Positions 12,090 to 22,713 of a stretch of DNA of 64,000 nt are shown here, piece by piece (the first letter of the stretch is position 1; the number at the start of each line of letters is the position of its first letter). The position numbers were made by a program, and so were the translations under genes. A model generated the notes under the pieces. That model was not told the DNA's origin. It saw only the letters and a list, made by a program, of their open reading frames with translations, and searched no databases. The stretch comes from Cyanophora paradoxa CCMP329 (taxonomy: Eukaryota > Plantae > Glaucophyta): assembly GCA_004431415.1 (NCBI GenBank), contig QPMI01000532.1, forward strand, positions 1 through 64,000, given 5' to 3'.

Positions 12090-15000
12090 ATGCGAATGAC
12101 TTCTTCGTTCGGCGCGGCGTCCGCCGGCCTGGGCCTCGGCTTCCTCTTCCTGCTGTCGCTCACCGGTGCGCGCGCGCGCTCGGCGCACGCCCAGCGCCGG
12201 CGCCGGCCCCGCGGCCGCCCATCAGCGCCGAACTAGTTATCATCGAATATAGCTTTCTCGTCCGCCGCGCGCGGCCGAGCGCCCGATCCTGGCCGCATAT
12301 GCATGCATACGCGCATCTAACGGCTGTCGGTTACAACATATATACATATACATATTCATCGCCGCGGCCGTCCGTTAGCCCCGCCGGCGCGCCGGCGCCG
12401 CGCCCGACGCCCGCGGCTCCTCTAGATCTAGATTCTAGACGCCCGCTCCCGCTTTAATTTGCTCTTTGCCCTAGCAACGCATTGCTGAGTGCGCTTCCCG
12501 TGCAGGCCCCGCGCTCGCGTTGGAGACCGCGGACCCGACCGCGGGCGGGCGCCACAACCAGACGCTGGTGATACGGGACACAACAGATTCGATTTACGGC
12601 GTGGCGGCAGCGAACGGCTACGTCGCTGCTGGAGGTCCAGACGGGATCCTGCGCGTCTACAAGCTGAACCTGGTGCCGGGCGCATTCACGAACACCAGCA
12701 GCTGGACGAGCAACACGTCAGGCATAATCCGCGCCGTGGCCATGCCGAGCGACGGCTCGCTCGTGGCTGCGGCCCTCCACTCGAAAGTTGCGAGCACGTC
12801 GGCGTCTCCCGAGAACGCGATCCGCGTGTTCAGCATCAGCAGCGGCCAGCTGCTGGCTACCCTGGAGATGGACAGCTTCGGGTGGTTGTTCACCAGCGTC
12901 GCTTTCTGCCCGGACGGCTCCATCGTCGCCGGGGGGCAGGCGGCGACCGCCGCGGACGCCATTGTCTACCCGTACCGCCTCGCATACTGGCAGAAGGCCG
13001 CGGGGGCGACGACGTGGAGCCTCAAGTGGCAGAATAATACCGCCCACTCGGGCATGATCCTCGACGTAGCCTGCGCGCCGAGCGGCGGCTTCGTTGCGAC
13101 GGCTTCCAGCGCCGCCCTCAACCATCACTCGACGAGCCTTCGGCTGTGGACGGCGGCCGACGGTACCCCCATCCAGGGCCCGTGGATCTCCACCATCGGG
13201 TACCTGAAATCCGTCGCGATCAGCCCCGACAGCGCCATAGTCACCGTCGGAGGTCCGCTTCCTGCGCCCCCCCCCCCCCCCCACCCCACCCCCCACCCTC
13301 CGGGATCCCCCCCCCCTCCGGGATCCCCCCCCTCCACCCCTCCCTCCCCTCCCTCCACCCCCCCCTCCACTCCTCTCCCCTCCACTCCCCCTCCCCCCCC
13401 CTCCACCCCTCTCCCGTCCACTCCCCCTCCCCTCCCCCCTCCCCTCCCTCCACGTGCACCCCCTTCCCCTCCACCCCTCCCCTCCACCCCCCTCCTCTCC
13501 ACCCCCCCCCTCCACCCGGCCGCTTAAGCTTTTCTTTTAATTATAAGCTTGCGTCCGTCCTCTGATCCGGCGGGCAGGCAGCAGCGGGGACATCGCGCAC
13601 TTCTCTGCAGCGTCGCCCTCCTCGCCCCTCAAGATCATCAAGTCGCGCGGGTCCAAGACCTTAGGCCCCGTTCGCAAGCTTAAGCTCACCCCCGGGACTT
13701 CCGTGCCCAGCGGGCAGTCCCACGCCTACCAAGCGAACGGCCTCTCGTACGGCCCGGCCTCCAAGGGGGGGTACTTCGTCTCCGTGGGCGGCGATGGGCT
13801 AGTCATCGTCTGGACGCCCTACAACGCGGGCAACGTCAACGGGAGCAGCTTGATCTACGAGCAGAACATGTACCCGGGCGCCTCGAGCTCCCGTCTGTTG
13901 AGTCGCGTCTCCGTCTCGCCCGACAACGCTTTCATCGCCGTCGGCGCCGACGACGGGACCCTCACTCTCTTGTCCCTGCTCCCGCCCCTTCCCGGCTCCT
14001 CCTCGTCGCAGCCGACCCCGACCCCGTCCCCGTCCCCGTCCCCGTCCCCGTCCCCTTCCCCTTCCCCTTCCCCGTCCCCTTCCCCGTCTCCGTCTCCGTC
14101 TTCCCTGGCGCGCCCCACGCCCTCGCCGTCCCCGACCGCAGCGCCTCTCGATATCCCGCCGGTGGTGCGTTCTGGTCCAGATCGATATATGCATATATGC
14201 ACCGATTATCGCCTCTTCAAGTTGCGATGAAACTGAGGTGTGCGGGCCATGCGCAGGGATTCATCGCGCAGAATTCGTCGACTGCTCTGGCGACCCTCGG
14301 GAGCGTGCTGGGTGGGCAGCAGAGCAACTGGAAGGTGATTATTTACGCTTTGCGATTGCAATATATATATTCAATATCAACCTACATATGCATGGACATT
14401 GCACGCGCAACCTGATACATGACTTCAGATCAATGTTACTGCAAGCAGCTTCACGAGGACAGTGGATAAAGCAGGAAATCCCATAGACGCCCTCGAACTC
14501 CCTTTCACGATTGTCAATGCTGAGGTGTGCATTCGCACGCGCATCTAGATCCGGCAGCGATCCTGATTTATTTAAATTTACATTATCTAAATTTTTGTTG
14601 ACGTTGCAATGTCTTGCAATGAATATTGACGACATGCGCATTCAGGTCGGCTCGACGAGCTTCAAGGAGATCATCGTGGTGCGTGTACACGTTTTAAATT
14701 TCCGCTGCTGCTCCGGATGTTCCCGAGAGCTGACAAAACGTGCACGTACGCGTGCGTTTGCATTGCAGACGAATCTCCTCCAGGTACTGAACGCGTCCCC
14801 GGCCCTTTTATATTCTAGCCCTAGTTATGGCTGATCGTGATCATGATCATGAGACGCCTGCTGAATTTATCGCGCGCGTACAGGTCGGGCAGCGGGTGAG
14901 GGTGATCGTGGAGAACAGCGCCGGCGAGAAGAAGGAGTCCCCCAGCGTGGAGGTCGTCCAGAAGGCGATCGACGGCGTCCTGGAAACCGTGCTCCGATTC

Positions 15001-15654
15001 CGTGCGCGCGCGGCCAAGAATCGATATAAATCATGCGACGCAACTTCGCGCCGCGCATTCCCCTGCCCCACCTGATCTCGCACATTGCACCCGCGAGCAG
15101 AGCCGCCCTCTCCGAGCCGTCGCCGCGCGCTCCTGCAGCTGGGTTTCGTCGTCGGACAGAAGGCAAGCGCGCGCACACTCGAAATGCAAGCCCCTCGAGC
15201 CCAGGCGCTCATCGCGTTATTCGCGCAGTACTCGCTCCGCATCGAGCCCGTCCTTGGGGCGGATCCGTTCATTCCGGTCGTTCTCGCCGGGGTTCGTTGC
15301 AATTGGCGCCGTTCTAAAACCTAGGCCTGCAATATTTTGATCTATCGCTCTTTCTAAATTAGTCCGCCGGGCCGCGCATCCGCAGGCGTTCCAGTGGATT
15401 TCGGTGCCCAGTGCTGCAGCGGGCACCACCGCCTCGGTCCCCTATTGGCCGGGCCTCGCGAGCGCAGCTTCAGCTGCCATTCCCTCTCAGGTCCGTCGGA
15501 TCCAGACCGCACCGGCGCCGGCGTCACGAAATATTGCGCGCCTGGTCGCATTTGATCTAATCTTTGGCGCGAACCGCGACAGGGCGTTCTTGGCCTGTTC
15601 CTCGCGCACGGGCTCCTGGCGGCTGCTTTCGTCGCGTGCGGGGCGGCATTCTAA
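12090..15654 (+). CDS. Secreted, probably GPI-anchored WD40 beta-propeller protein with a Ser-Pro linker
   Basis: Exon 1 (12090-12165) splices to 12506 to give the signal peptide MRMTSSFGAASAGLGLGFLFLLSLTGPALA|LET. WD40-like repeats follow (VAFCPDG, AHSGMILDVACAPSGGFVATAS, VAISPDS, VSVSPDNAFIAVGADDG), then (SP)n, RRRALLQ and a hydrophobic C-terminus GVLGLFLAHGLLAAAFVACGAAF*. Confidence 0.75.
13268..13515 (+). repeat. Low-complexity C/T tract inside an intron
   Basis: About 250 nt, mostly C and T, between the GT donor near 13253 and the CAG acceptor near 13578. It produces the false Pro-rich tail of ORF 12520..13527. Confidence 0.8.
14012..14100 (+). repeat. Coding hexamer repeat (CCGTCC)n encoding (Pro-Ser)n
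   Basis: Reads [27 protein letters not shown]. Confidence 0.9.
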
Positions 15655-15913
15655 GGAGTTTTAGGAATCTTGAGACTTTTTCGTTTTATATCTCATACTT
15701 TCCCGAATAAAGCACCGCGGCACTCTGAGTAGTACGACGGTCGTATAATTGTCTTTCTTATATATATATAATTATCTCGAGCTCCGAGGCTCTAGATTTC
15801 ATGACCAGTCCGACGGTCGACGTCAGATCTCTATAGATCTGAGCTTGAAACATCTTTCTTGACTTCGCCCCACGCCGTGACGTGCCACGGTGTTCTTTAA
15901 TTTATGTATTTAT

Positions 15914-16101
15914 TTAAATTTCGCTTATTTTTTTTTTTTTAAAGATCTACGGTGGGCGTGCCCACTCGTAGTACACAACGAGGATACAAGTCACGGTATC
16001 GGGAATCACAGGGATTCGAAGTACAACGTAGCGGAAACAGCAGGAACCGAACCCGGGAATCCGGGAGGTCGTAGCACGACCTTCTTAAATTTCGCTTATT
16101 T
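15914..16101 (-). mobile_element. Short polyA-tailed retroposon insertion (SINE or 5'-truncated LINE) with a 17-bp target-site duplication
   Basis: TTAAATTTCGCTTATTT occurs at 15914-15930 and 16085-16101. A T10 tract at 15931-15940 is a polyA tail on the minus strand. The 154-bp insert contains several hairpins. Confidence 0.7.
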
Positions 16102-16349
16102 CGTCTTACGTTTACGTATACTATATATAGATATACTCTTTCGAATTCAGGCGTACAGACTATAGCTAGCCTGGTAGTAGCTATAGTACTAGTGGCCACG
16201 GTTGAGCATGACGCTTAAATAAAGTACACGTGCCGCCGGCGCCGGGCCGTATGCTGTACTTCTATGCATATATATATATATGACAGCCGAGGCACGGCGT
16301 GCGTGCTCTGCCGCCCCGCTCAGGGGCCCGGAGGCCGGGGGGCCGCTAG

Positions 16350-16449
16350 CGCTTGCCCCGGCGGCCAGCGCCCGCCCGCCCCGCCGCCACCCGCGCCCCC
16401 CGCGGCGCCGCAGCATTCCGCAGCCGAGAAGTATCTGGTAGTGGCTTGC
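16350..16449 (+). repeat. Inverted repeat pair 1, left copy (orphan copy of the HNH-like gene's 3' end)
   Basis: CGCTTGCCCCGGCGGCCAGCGCCCGCCCGCCCCGCC...TCTGGTAG-TGGCTTGC matches the reverse complement of about 20256-20362. Confidence 0.85.
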
Positions 16450-16555
16450 ACGTGTCGCGACGTGCGAACGGCTGCGTCCTGTTGTCCTACAGACTGCTGT
16501 CCTAGTGCCTGGGGTCCTACGAGACTAAGGAGCGGGACGGGGCGGGGTGCCCGGC

Positions 16556-19500
16556 CTAGACGAGGGCGAACTCGGCGTAGATGGGGGAGTGGTCGGAGAC
16601 GCCGGGCGCCGGGATCACCCGGATGGGGCTCACGAGGCGCAGGCCCCGGTACCAGATGTACGACTGCGCGCCGGGTCAGCAGGGCGCTGGCGGGAGGCCG
16701 GGGCCGGGGCGGGGGGCGCACGAGGCGGAGGCCGGAGGAGGCGGAGGGGATCTGGACGGTCTGCGTCGAGTCGGCGATGGAGAGGCCCGTGCCCGTGAAC
16801 TTGGCCCAGTCCCCGTCCTGCCGAGGGGGGCTTTCTTAGGGCGGAGGCGGCGCGGGGGCGGGCGCGGGGGCGGACGGTGGGGATGGTCTGGAAGTCGCCG
16901 AGGAGGAGGACGGGGCCCTGGGTCGCCTTGACGACGTCGGCGATGAAGGCGAGCTGCAGGTCGCTGCTCGCCTCGTGCTCGGCCACGTGCACGACCAGCA
17001 CCGTCACGTCCGTCCCGTTCACGCGGACCGTGCCCCGCACGAGCGGCCGCGCGCCCTCGGGGCCGGCGCCGGGGGCGGAGGGCATGGCGAGGGCGGCGGG
17101 GCGGGCGATGGGGAGGGCGGAGAGGAGGGCGGCGCCCGTGGAGGCGGCGGAGGCCGGGGAGCCGTAGAAGCTGTGCAGGCCGGCGTCCTCGGCGACGAAG
17201 GCAACGAGGTCGCGGTTGGCGAGCAGCGCCGAGGCCGAGTCCGACTCCTGCAGGCCCACCACGTTGGCCCCGGACGCGACGACCGCCGCCGAGACCGCCG
17301 GCAGCGAGAAGACGCCCGTCGACCCGTGCTTGAAGCCCCTGCCGCGCCCCCCCCGCGTCAGGAAGCGAAGGCGCGGCGGAGCAAAGCCGAGCGAGCCGAG
17401 CCGAGCGGGCGCACGCGGCGACGTTCCAGGAGAGGACGCGGATGCGGTCGACCGGGGGCGGCGAGCCGGCGGCGGCCTTGAGGCGGTACGCGACGGCGGG
17501 GATCATGATCGCGACGGCGACGACGAGGAGGATGGCGAGGGCGTAGCCCATCGAGGTGCGCAGGTCCGCCGCGTACTGCTTGAGGGCCACCACCAGCAGC
17601 TCCCGCCGCCCCATGAACCGCAGCGCCAGGAAGCCGGCCTGGAGGGGGCGTCAGGAGGAGGAGAAGGGGGGCCCTCTGCCTCTCGCGGCCTACCCAGATG
17701 AAGCAGACGCAGATCCAGAGGATGACGTGGGGGCGGCCGTAGAGGGCCGAGCCGAGGAAGGGGGCCGCCGAGCCGCGGTACCAGGCGACGAGGAGGAAGT
17801 AGAGGAAAATGAGCGCCCCGCCCGAGAGCGACAGCGCCCGCCCGATCCGGTACTCCTGCGCCCGCGTCAGGCGCGCGGCGAGGCGGGGCGGGGCGGGGCC
17901 GGGGGCCGAGGAGGGGGCGGGCGGGCCTTGGTGAGGAGGCGGATCTCGCGGAAGGAGAGGGCGTAGTAGGTGGGGAGGCAGAAGGCGATGAGGAGGGCGC
18001 CCGCGAAGCCGGCGGCCCCGGGGGCGTGCCCCAGCAGCCCCGCCCCGATCACCGAGAGCAGGCACAGGAAGGCCTGCGGGGGAAGCGGCGCGGCGCGGCG
18101 CGGCGGTGAGCAGATCAAAAGCAAAGCAAAGCGAAGCGAAGCAGGCGGACCGGGGCGAAGGCGAAGCCCGGGGCGACGACGTCGGGCGGGCCGAAGGCGG
18201 CGGAGGCGGCCGGCCACATGAACACCGCCACGAGGCCCAGGCTGGAGCGCCGGCGTCAGCGCCGCCGCCGCCGGGCGCAGGCCGGGCAGAGCCGGGCACC
18301 TGAGGGCGAGGATGACGAGGAGGCCCCAGGGGTTCGGGTCCAGCCCGTTCCAGCGCGCAACCGGCGCCGTCGAGGTGAAGAGCCACAGGCTGCGGCGGGA
18401 TTAAGGCGGCGGGGTTACGGGGGCCGGCCGGCCGGGCCGCACGTGAGGAAGGTGAGGCAGGCGTGGGGGATGGCGAAGAAGATCCAGGAGGCGTAGCCCA
18501 GGCCGTCGCGAACATCGAAGGTGAACTCGGCGACTGCGGCGCGGGGTACGTGAGAGGGTGGGAGGGGAGGGTGGAGGGAAAGAAGAGTTGTGCGCGCTGG
18601 GGATGGGGGTGGCGGAGCCGATGGAGGTGAGGACGATCTCGTTGTTCAGGCTGAGCTCGTCGAGAACGAGGTAGAGGGCGAGGGCGCAGCCGGCGACGCC
18701 CACCGCGACGCAGAAGTACCACCACGCTGCCCGCGCGGGTCAGGCGCCGGAGGGGGGGAGGGGCCGCGCAGACGACGCGGGCGCACTGTTCTCGTACACG
18801 GGCTGCGGTGGGGACGCCCGGACCCGGCCGCCCGCCGGTCAGGCGCGCGCCGAAAGAAAGGAAGGAAAAGGAAGGACGGACGTCATAGGAGCGAGAGCCC
18901 CAGCGGAGGGCGAGGAGGGTCACGAGGCCGGCCACCTGCGAGACCACTGCCGCCCGCGTCGGGATGTGGCGGGCCGAGAGGGGCGAGGGGCGGTCCGCAC
19001 CGTAGCGGCCGCCGCTGTGGGTGCCCTTGGTCGTGCCCGAGCGCGGGGAGATCGCAACGGTGGAGACTGCGGAGCGGGCGGGCGGGCGGGTGAGGGGCCG
19101 GGCCGGGCCGTGGGCGGCGGGGGCGGGCGGGGCGACCTTGGCCGACGACGTAGCCGAAGCCGGTGGCGAGGAGGCGGATGAGCGGGTTGGGCACCAGCGT
19201 GAGCAGCAGCGTCGCGGGGATCAGCGCGAAGATGACCGCGAAGCTGCGGGCGGGCGGCGTGAGGCGCGGCGCGGCGGAGGCGAGGCGCCCGGGGCCGGGG
19301 CCGGACCGGGTGGAGAGCCAGCGCGTCAGAGGCCGGATCTCCAGCAGGAGCGGGATGCCCACGAGGCAGACGAAGGCTGCGGCGCCCGCCTTGAGCAGCG
19401 GCGGCGGCGCTCGCGGCAGGATGCGCGCTCACCGATCAGAAGCGACAGCGACTCGCGCTCGTTTGCGAAGAGCTGGAAGATGAAGCCGTAGGAAAGGGTC

Positions 19501-19665
19501 CACGCGATGTACTGGATGAAGGTCATAGCGAAAACGCCAATGAACTCTGCGGCGCGGCGCGTGAGACGGGCGCCCCACGGAAATCAGGCGACGGCCCCTT
19601 GCACCTTTGAATCCGGAGCGCTCGACGCGGAGCGGGTCATCAAGGATCCCCTGGACGGGACTCAT
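16556..19665 (-). CDS. CWH43/PGAP2-interacting-protein-like membrane protein with a C-terminal endonuclease/exonuclease/phosphatase (EEP) domain
   Basis: Many hydrophobic segments, then RVLSWNVAQGF, VVGLQESD, NRDLVAFVAE, GAALLS, VLLLGDFQ, YIWYRGL and SDHSPIYAEF*, matching the CWH43 C-terminal domain. Start codon uncertain. Confidence 0.8.
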
Positions 19666-20255
19666 CTGCCGCCTGCGCAGCACAGTGAGCGCGGAACGAT
19701 GAACACGCATCTTGAAAGGCGGACCCAAAGCTCGTGGTGTGCAGCCCTGGCTGCGGATAGGCGGGAAAGTATCTGCAGCCAAGTCAGCGCTCCCGCGTGC
19801 AACCCAGCGCCCCCAGCCACGCTCGACAGCTGCAACCTCCGCTAGACCGGACTACAACAAGCGGCCCTAACACGCGGCTCTCGACGGCGGATTTTAGAAG
19901 CGGAACGACTCTTCGCTCCGCCCAGAGGGCCGCCGACCGACCGCGCTCAGCGGCTGGCCATTGCCAAGTGCGCTGTCAAAGTCGAACGTAACGGTGCTCG
20001 CTCATCGACGCCATTCGTGACGCGGAGGATGGGAAACTAGCACTCACGGTACAGGCTTCATCTTGTGCAGCTATACTGCTGCGCCGCGCTGCCGAAGCCT
20101 CCGGTGCTCCAAGTTTGGACACGCGTACCCCTAGACGAAATTTGATCTGGCTGCGCATGCATGCATGCCGATATCGAATATTTAAAATTTGACATGCATG
20201 CAAATGCAGCCGCGCGCGGTCAGCAGCTCTTTGTTCCGAAGTTCGCTATTTGTAC

Positions 20256-20362
20256 GCAAGCCATTAGTACTACCAGATGCTCCTCGGCTGCGGAGGATGC
20301 GGCGGCGCCGCGGGGGGCGCGGGGGGAGGCGGGGCGGGCGGGCGCTGGCCGCCGGGGCAAGC
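20256..20362 (-). repeat. Inverted repeat pair 1, right copy (C-terminal coding end and stop of the HNH-like gene)
   Basis: Reverse-complement match to 16350-16449; both translate as ACPGGQRPPAPPPPAPPAAP. Confidence 0.85.
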
Positions 20363-21779
20363 GGGGAGCATTTTGCGGTCTATATAAGCGCGGGAGAGCC
20401 GGAGGGCGTCGCCCGCCGACAGCAGGATCTCGCGCGCGACGGCCTGCAGCGGCGCCGGGGCGGCGGAGGCCGCGCCCGGCCTCGCGCCCCAGCCCTCCAG
20501 GGCGGCCCCGGCCGAGGAGACGGCCCGCTCCGCCGCGTCCAGGCCCTCCAGGAGGCCGCGCTTCACGCCGAGCTTCGCCTCGTCCCGCATCCCGTGCTGC
20601 CAGAACTGCGGCCGCGGCCGTCGGGCGGCGTCGGGCCGCGGCCCGCACCGGCGGGGGCGGGGAAGGCGCACATCCTGGACTGGAAGCCAGGGCTGGTACT
20701 GTACCCTCTGCAGGAAGCTCAGGTTGGAGACGACGGGGGCGGCGTCCGGCCAGCCCTTCCCGTTGAACGAGCTCAGCAGCCCGCCCTGCGCCCCGCTCGT
20801 TCAGCGAGGAGGGCGTGGTGCGCGGCACGGCGCGCGGCGCGGGCCTGCATGTTGGAGCACGGCTCGCATTGGGCGTAGAAGAACTGGCGCTGGTTGGGGC
20901 GGGCGAGGCTGTTCGGCGGCTGGTGGTCCCCGTGGTACGAGGCCGCGCTCCTCGTCCCTGGGAGACGAAAGCGTCGGCTCAGCGAGGGAGCGCGGAGCGC
21001 GCCGGCCGGGTCGTCACGGGCGCTCGCACCGCAGCTGTGGCAGCCGGAGCGGCTCCCGACGCGGCGGATGACCTCACGGGCGGCCTCCGAGGCGTACCCG
21101 TCGTCCTTGGCCGGGAGGCAGGCCTTCGAAAAGCGGCCGGGCCGGTGCAGGTCGCTCGGGGCCACGTCCGCGAAGCGCCGCAGGACGCCGGGCGCCGGCG
21201 AGAGGAGGCCGCTGAACTGCCGCCCCGCAAGCTCGGCGGGGAGCGGTTTCAGGAGCGCGCGCGCGCCGCCTACCTTGTATACTATGAGACCCAGTATCAC
21301 GTCTGCTTGCACGCGATCGGCAGAGAGGCCCGTGCGCAGGACGCGCAGGCCGCCTTCTGCGACTCCGCTCCAGCTGATCGTCGCAGGATCACTCACAGAG
21401 CGCTTGACGGCCGGCCAGCTGGAGCGCAGCGCGTTGGTTGCTTCGTATGCCACGCCGGATACCTACGCCGGCACCGCGCGCCGCGCCTATCAGTCGGGGC
21501 GGCACGCGGCGCGTTTGAATGACCGCGCACCTGCCCCGCGACGGCGCTCGCGACCGCGACCGACACGAAGCCGAACGCTGAAGGTACGAACCATCTCGCG
21601 TTTGAGATGCCGCGGCTGGCCAGCAACCGCTCCGCGCGGCGGAGAACACCGACGTACGAAGTTGACCCTGGACGCGCGCTCAGACGTTGCCATCACATCG
21701 GCTAGCGCTGAGCGCAGAGCGCAAGCGCACCTGCGCCCCAGGCGGCGAGCCAGGGGAGGAGCTCGCTGGGGTCGTCCAT
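20270..21779 (-). CDS. Membrane-associated protein with an HNH/treble-clef nuclease-like domain
   Basis: Model MDDPSELSPWLAAWGA...VILGLIVYK-FSGLL...PSDLHRPGRFS...YASEAAREVIRRVGSRSGCHSCGTRSAASYHGDHQPPNSL...FFYAQCEPCSNMQGG, i.e. CxxC, DH, CxxC. Confidence 0.7.
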
Positions 21780-21991
21780 GGGGATACAGCGCACTTGGGC
21801 GCAGTCGCTGAGCTTCTTGCCACGAGCGCCGCTGAGCTCGCACGGGATTTAGCGTTAGCTAAGGATTAAAGTCAAGCCAGGCGCGTTCTGATAGCCTCCC
21901 GCCGTGTCTGGTGTTCCGCGGTGGCTGCATCCCGTCCTCGCCTTGAGGCAACACTAGAGCCAATAGCGGCGCATCTGAGAGGTGCCGCGGG

Positions 21992-22561
21992 ATGTCTGAG
22001 GGCGAGGAGGATGCGCCCGTGGTGGAGGCAACGTCCGCGGAGCAGTTCATGCTGCTGCGTGTCGGGCTGACGCCAACCACGTCGCTGGGCTGGGTAGGCT
22101 GCCCTGCTCGCGCCAGTGGCATCTCTGACGCTCGCAGTTCCGCGCAGGAGTGGTCGGCCGCCCCGCTTCTGGCCCTTGCCTCGCTTACGCGCGACTGATC
22201 GTGCTGCGCCAGGGCTTCTACAACAAGCGCGAGTACAACTTCGCCATCGAATGCTTCCAGAAGAGCGTCGCGCTCGATCCCTTGAACGTGCGGCCCGGGC
22301 CCAAGCCCTCCGCTTTGCCGGATCCTCCGCTGACTGCTCTCCAGTACAACGCGTTCCAGATCATGGCGCGAGCGTGCATCGCAGTCAACAGTGCGCTGCT
22401 GCGCGCGTTGCTGCCCGCGCACTGTCTCCGACGCGCCGCCCGCCGGCCGGCCGGCAGGGAGAGACGACGCGATTGCGGCGCTGAAGGAGTCCGTCAAGCT
22501 GGACAACCCGTCCGACTGGCAGCTGCTGGTCGAGCTCACCGCAGGAAAGCAGGGGAGCTAG
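21992..22561 (+). CDS. Small tetratricopeptide-repeat protein
   Basis: Five exons including a 15-nt microexon (22138-22152): ...LGWFRAGVGFYNKREYNFAIECFQKSVALDPLNYNAFQIMARACIAVNRRDDAIAALKESVKLDNPSDWQLLVEL. Confidence 0.8.
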
Positions 22562-22713
22562 TGCCTGCTCCGCTTGCCATTAAGGCCCCACCCCGCCGCA
22601 AACCTCCCTCCTTCCCAGCTCTCGCTTCGGACTAGGTTTCACTTTCAATTACTGTACTGTACATTGGGAGTGAGGGAGCTTAGAGAATGCTCGGGCCGCG
22701 TCGGCGGCGCCGG

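Noticed and set aside
11864-12163. Minus-strand ORF MSDSRKRKPRPR with an NLS-like start
   Set aside because: It is antisense to the signal-peptide exon of the WD40 gene and has no ATG start or domain support.
13253-13527. Extensin-like Pro-rich C-terminus of ORF 12520..13527
   Set aside because: It lies inside a GT..CAG intron; the WD40 frame resumes downstream.
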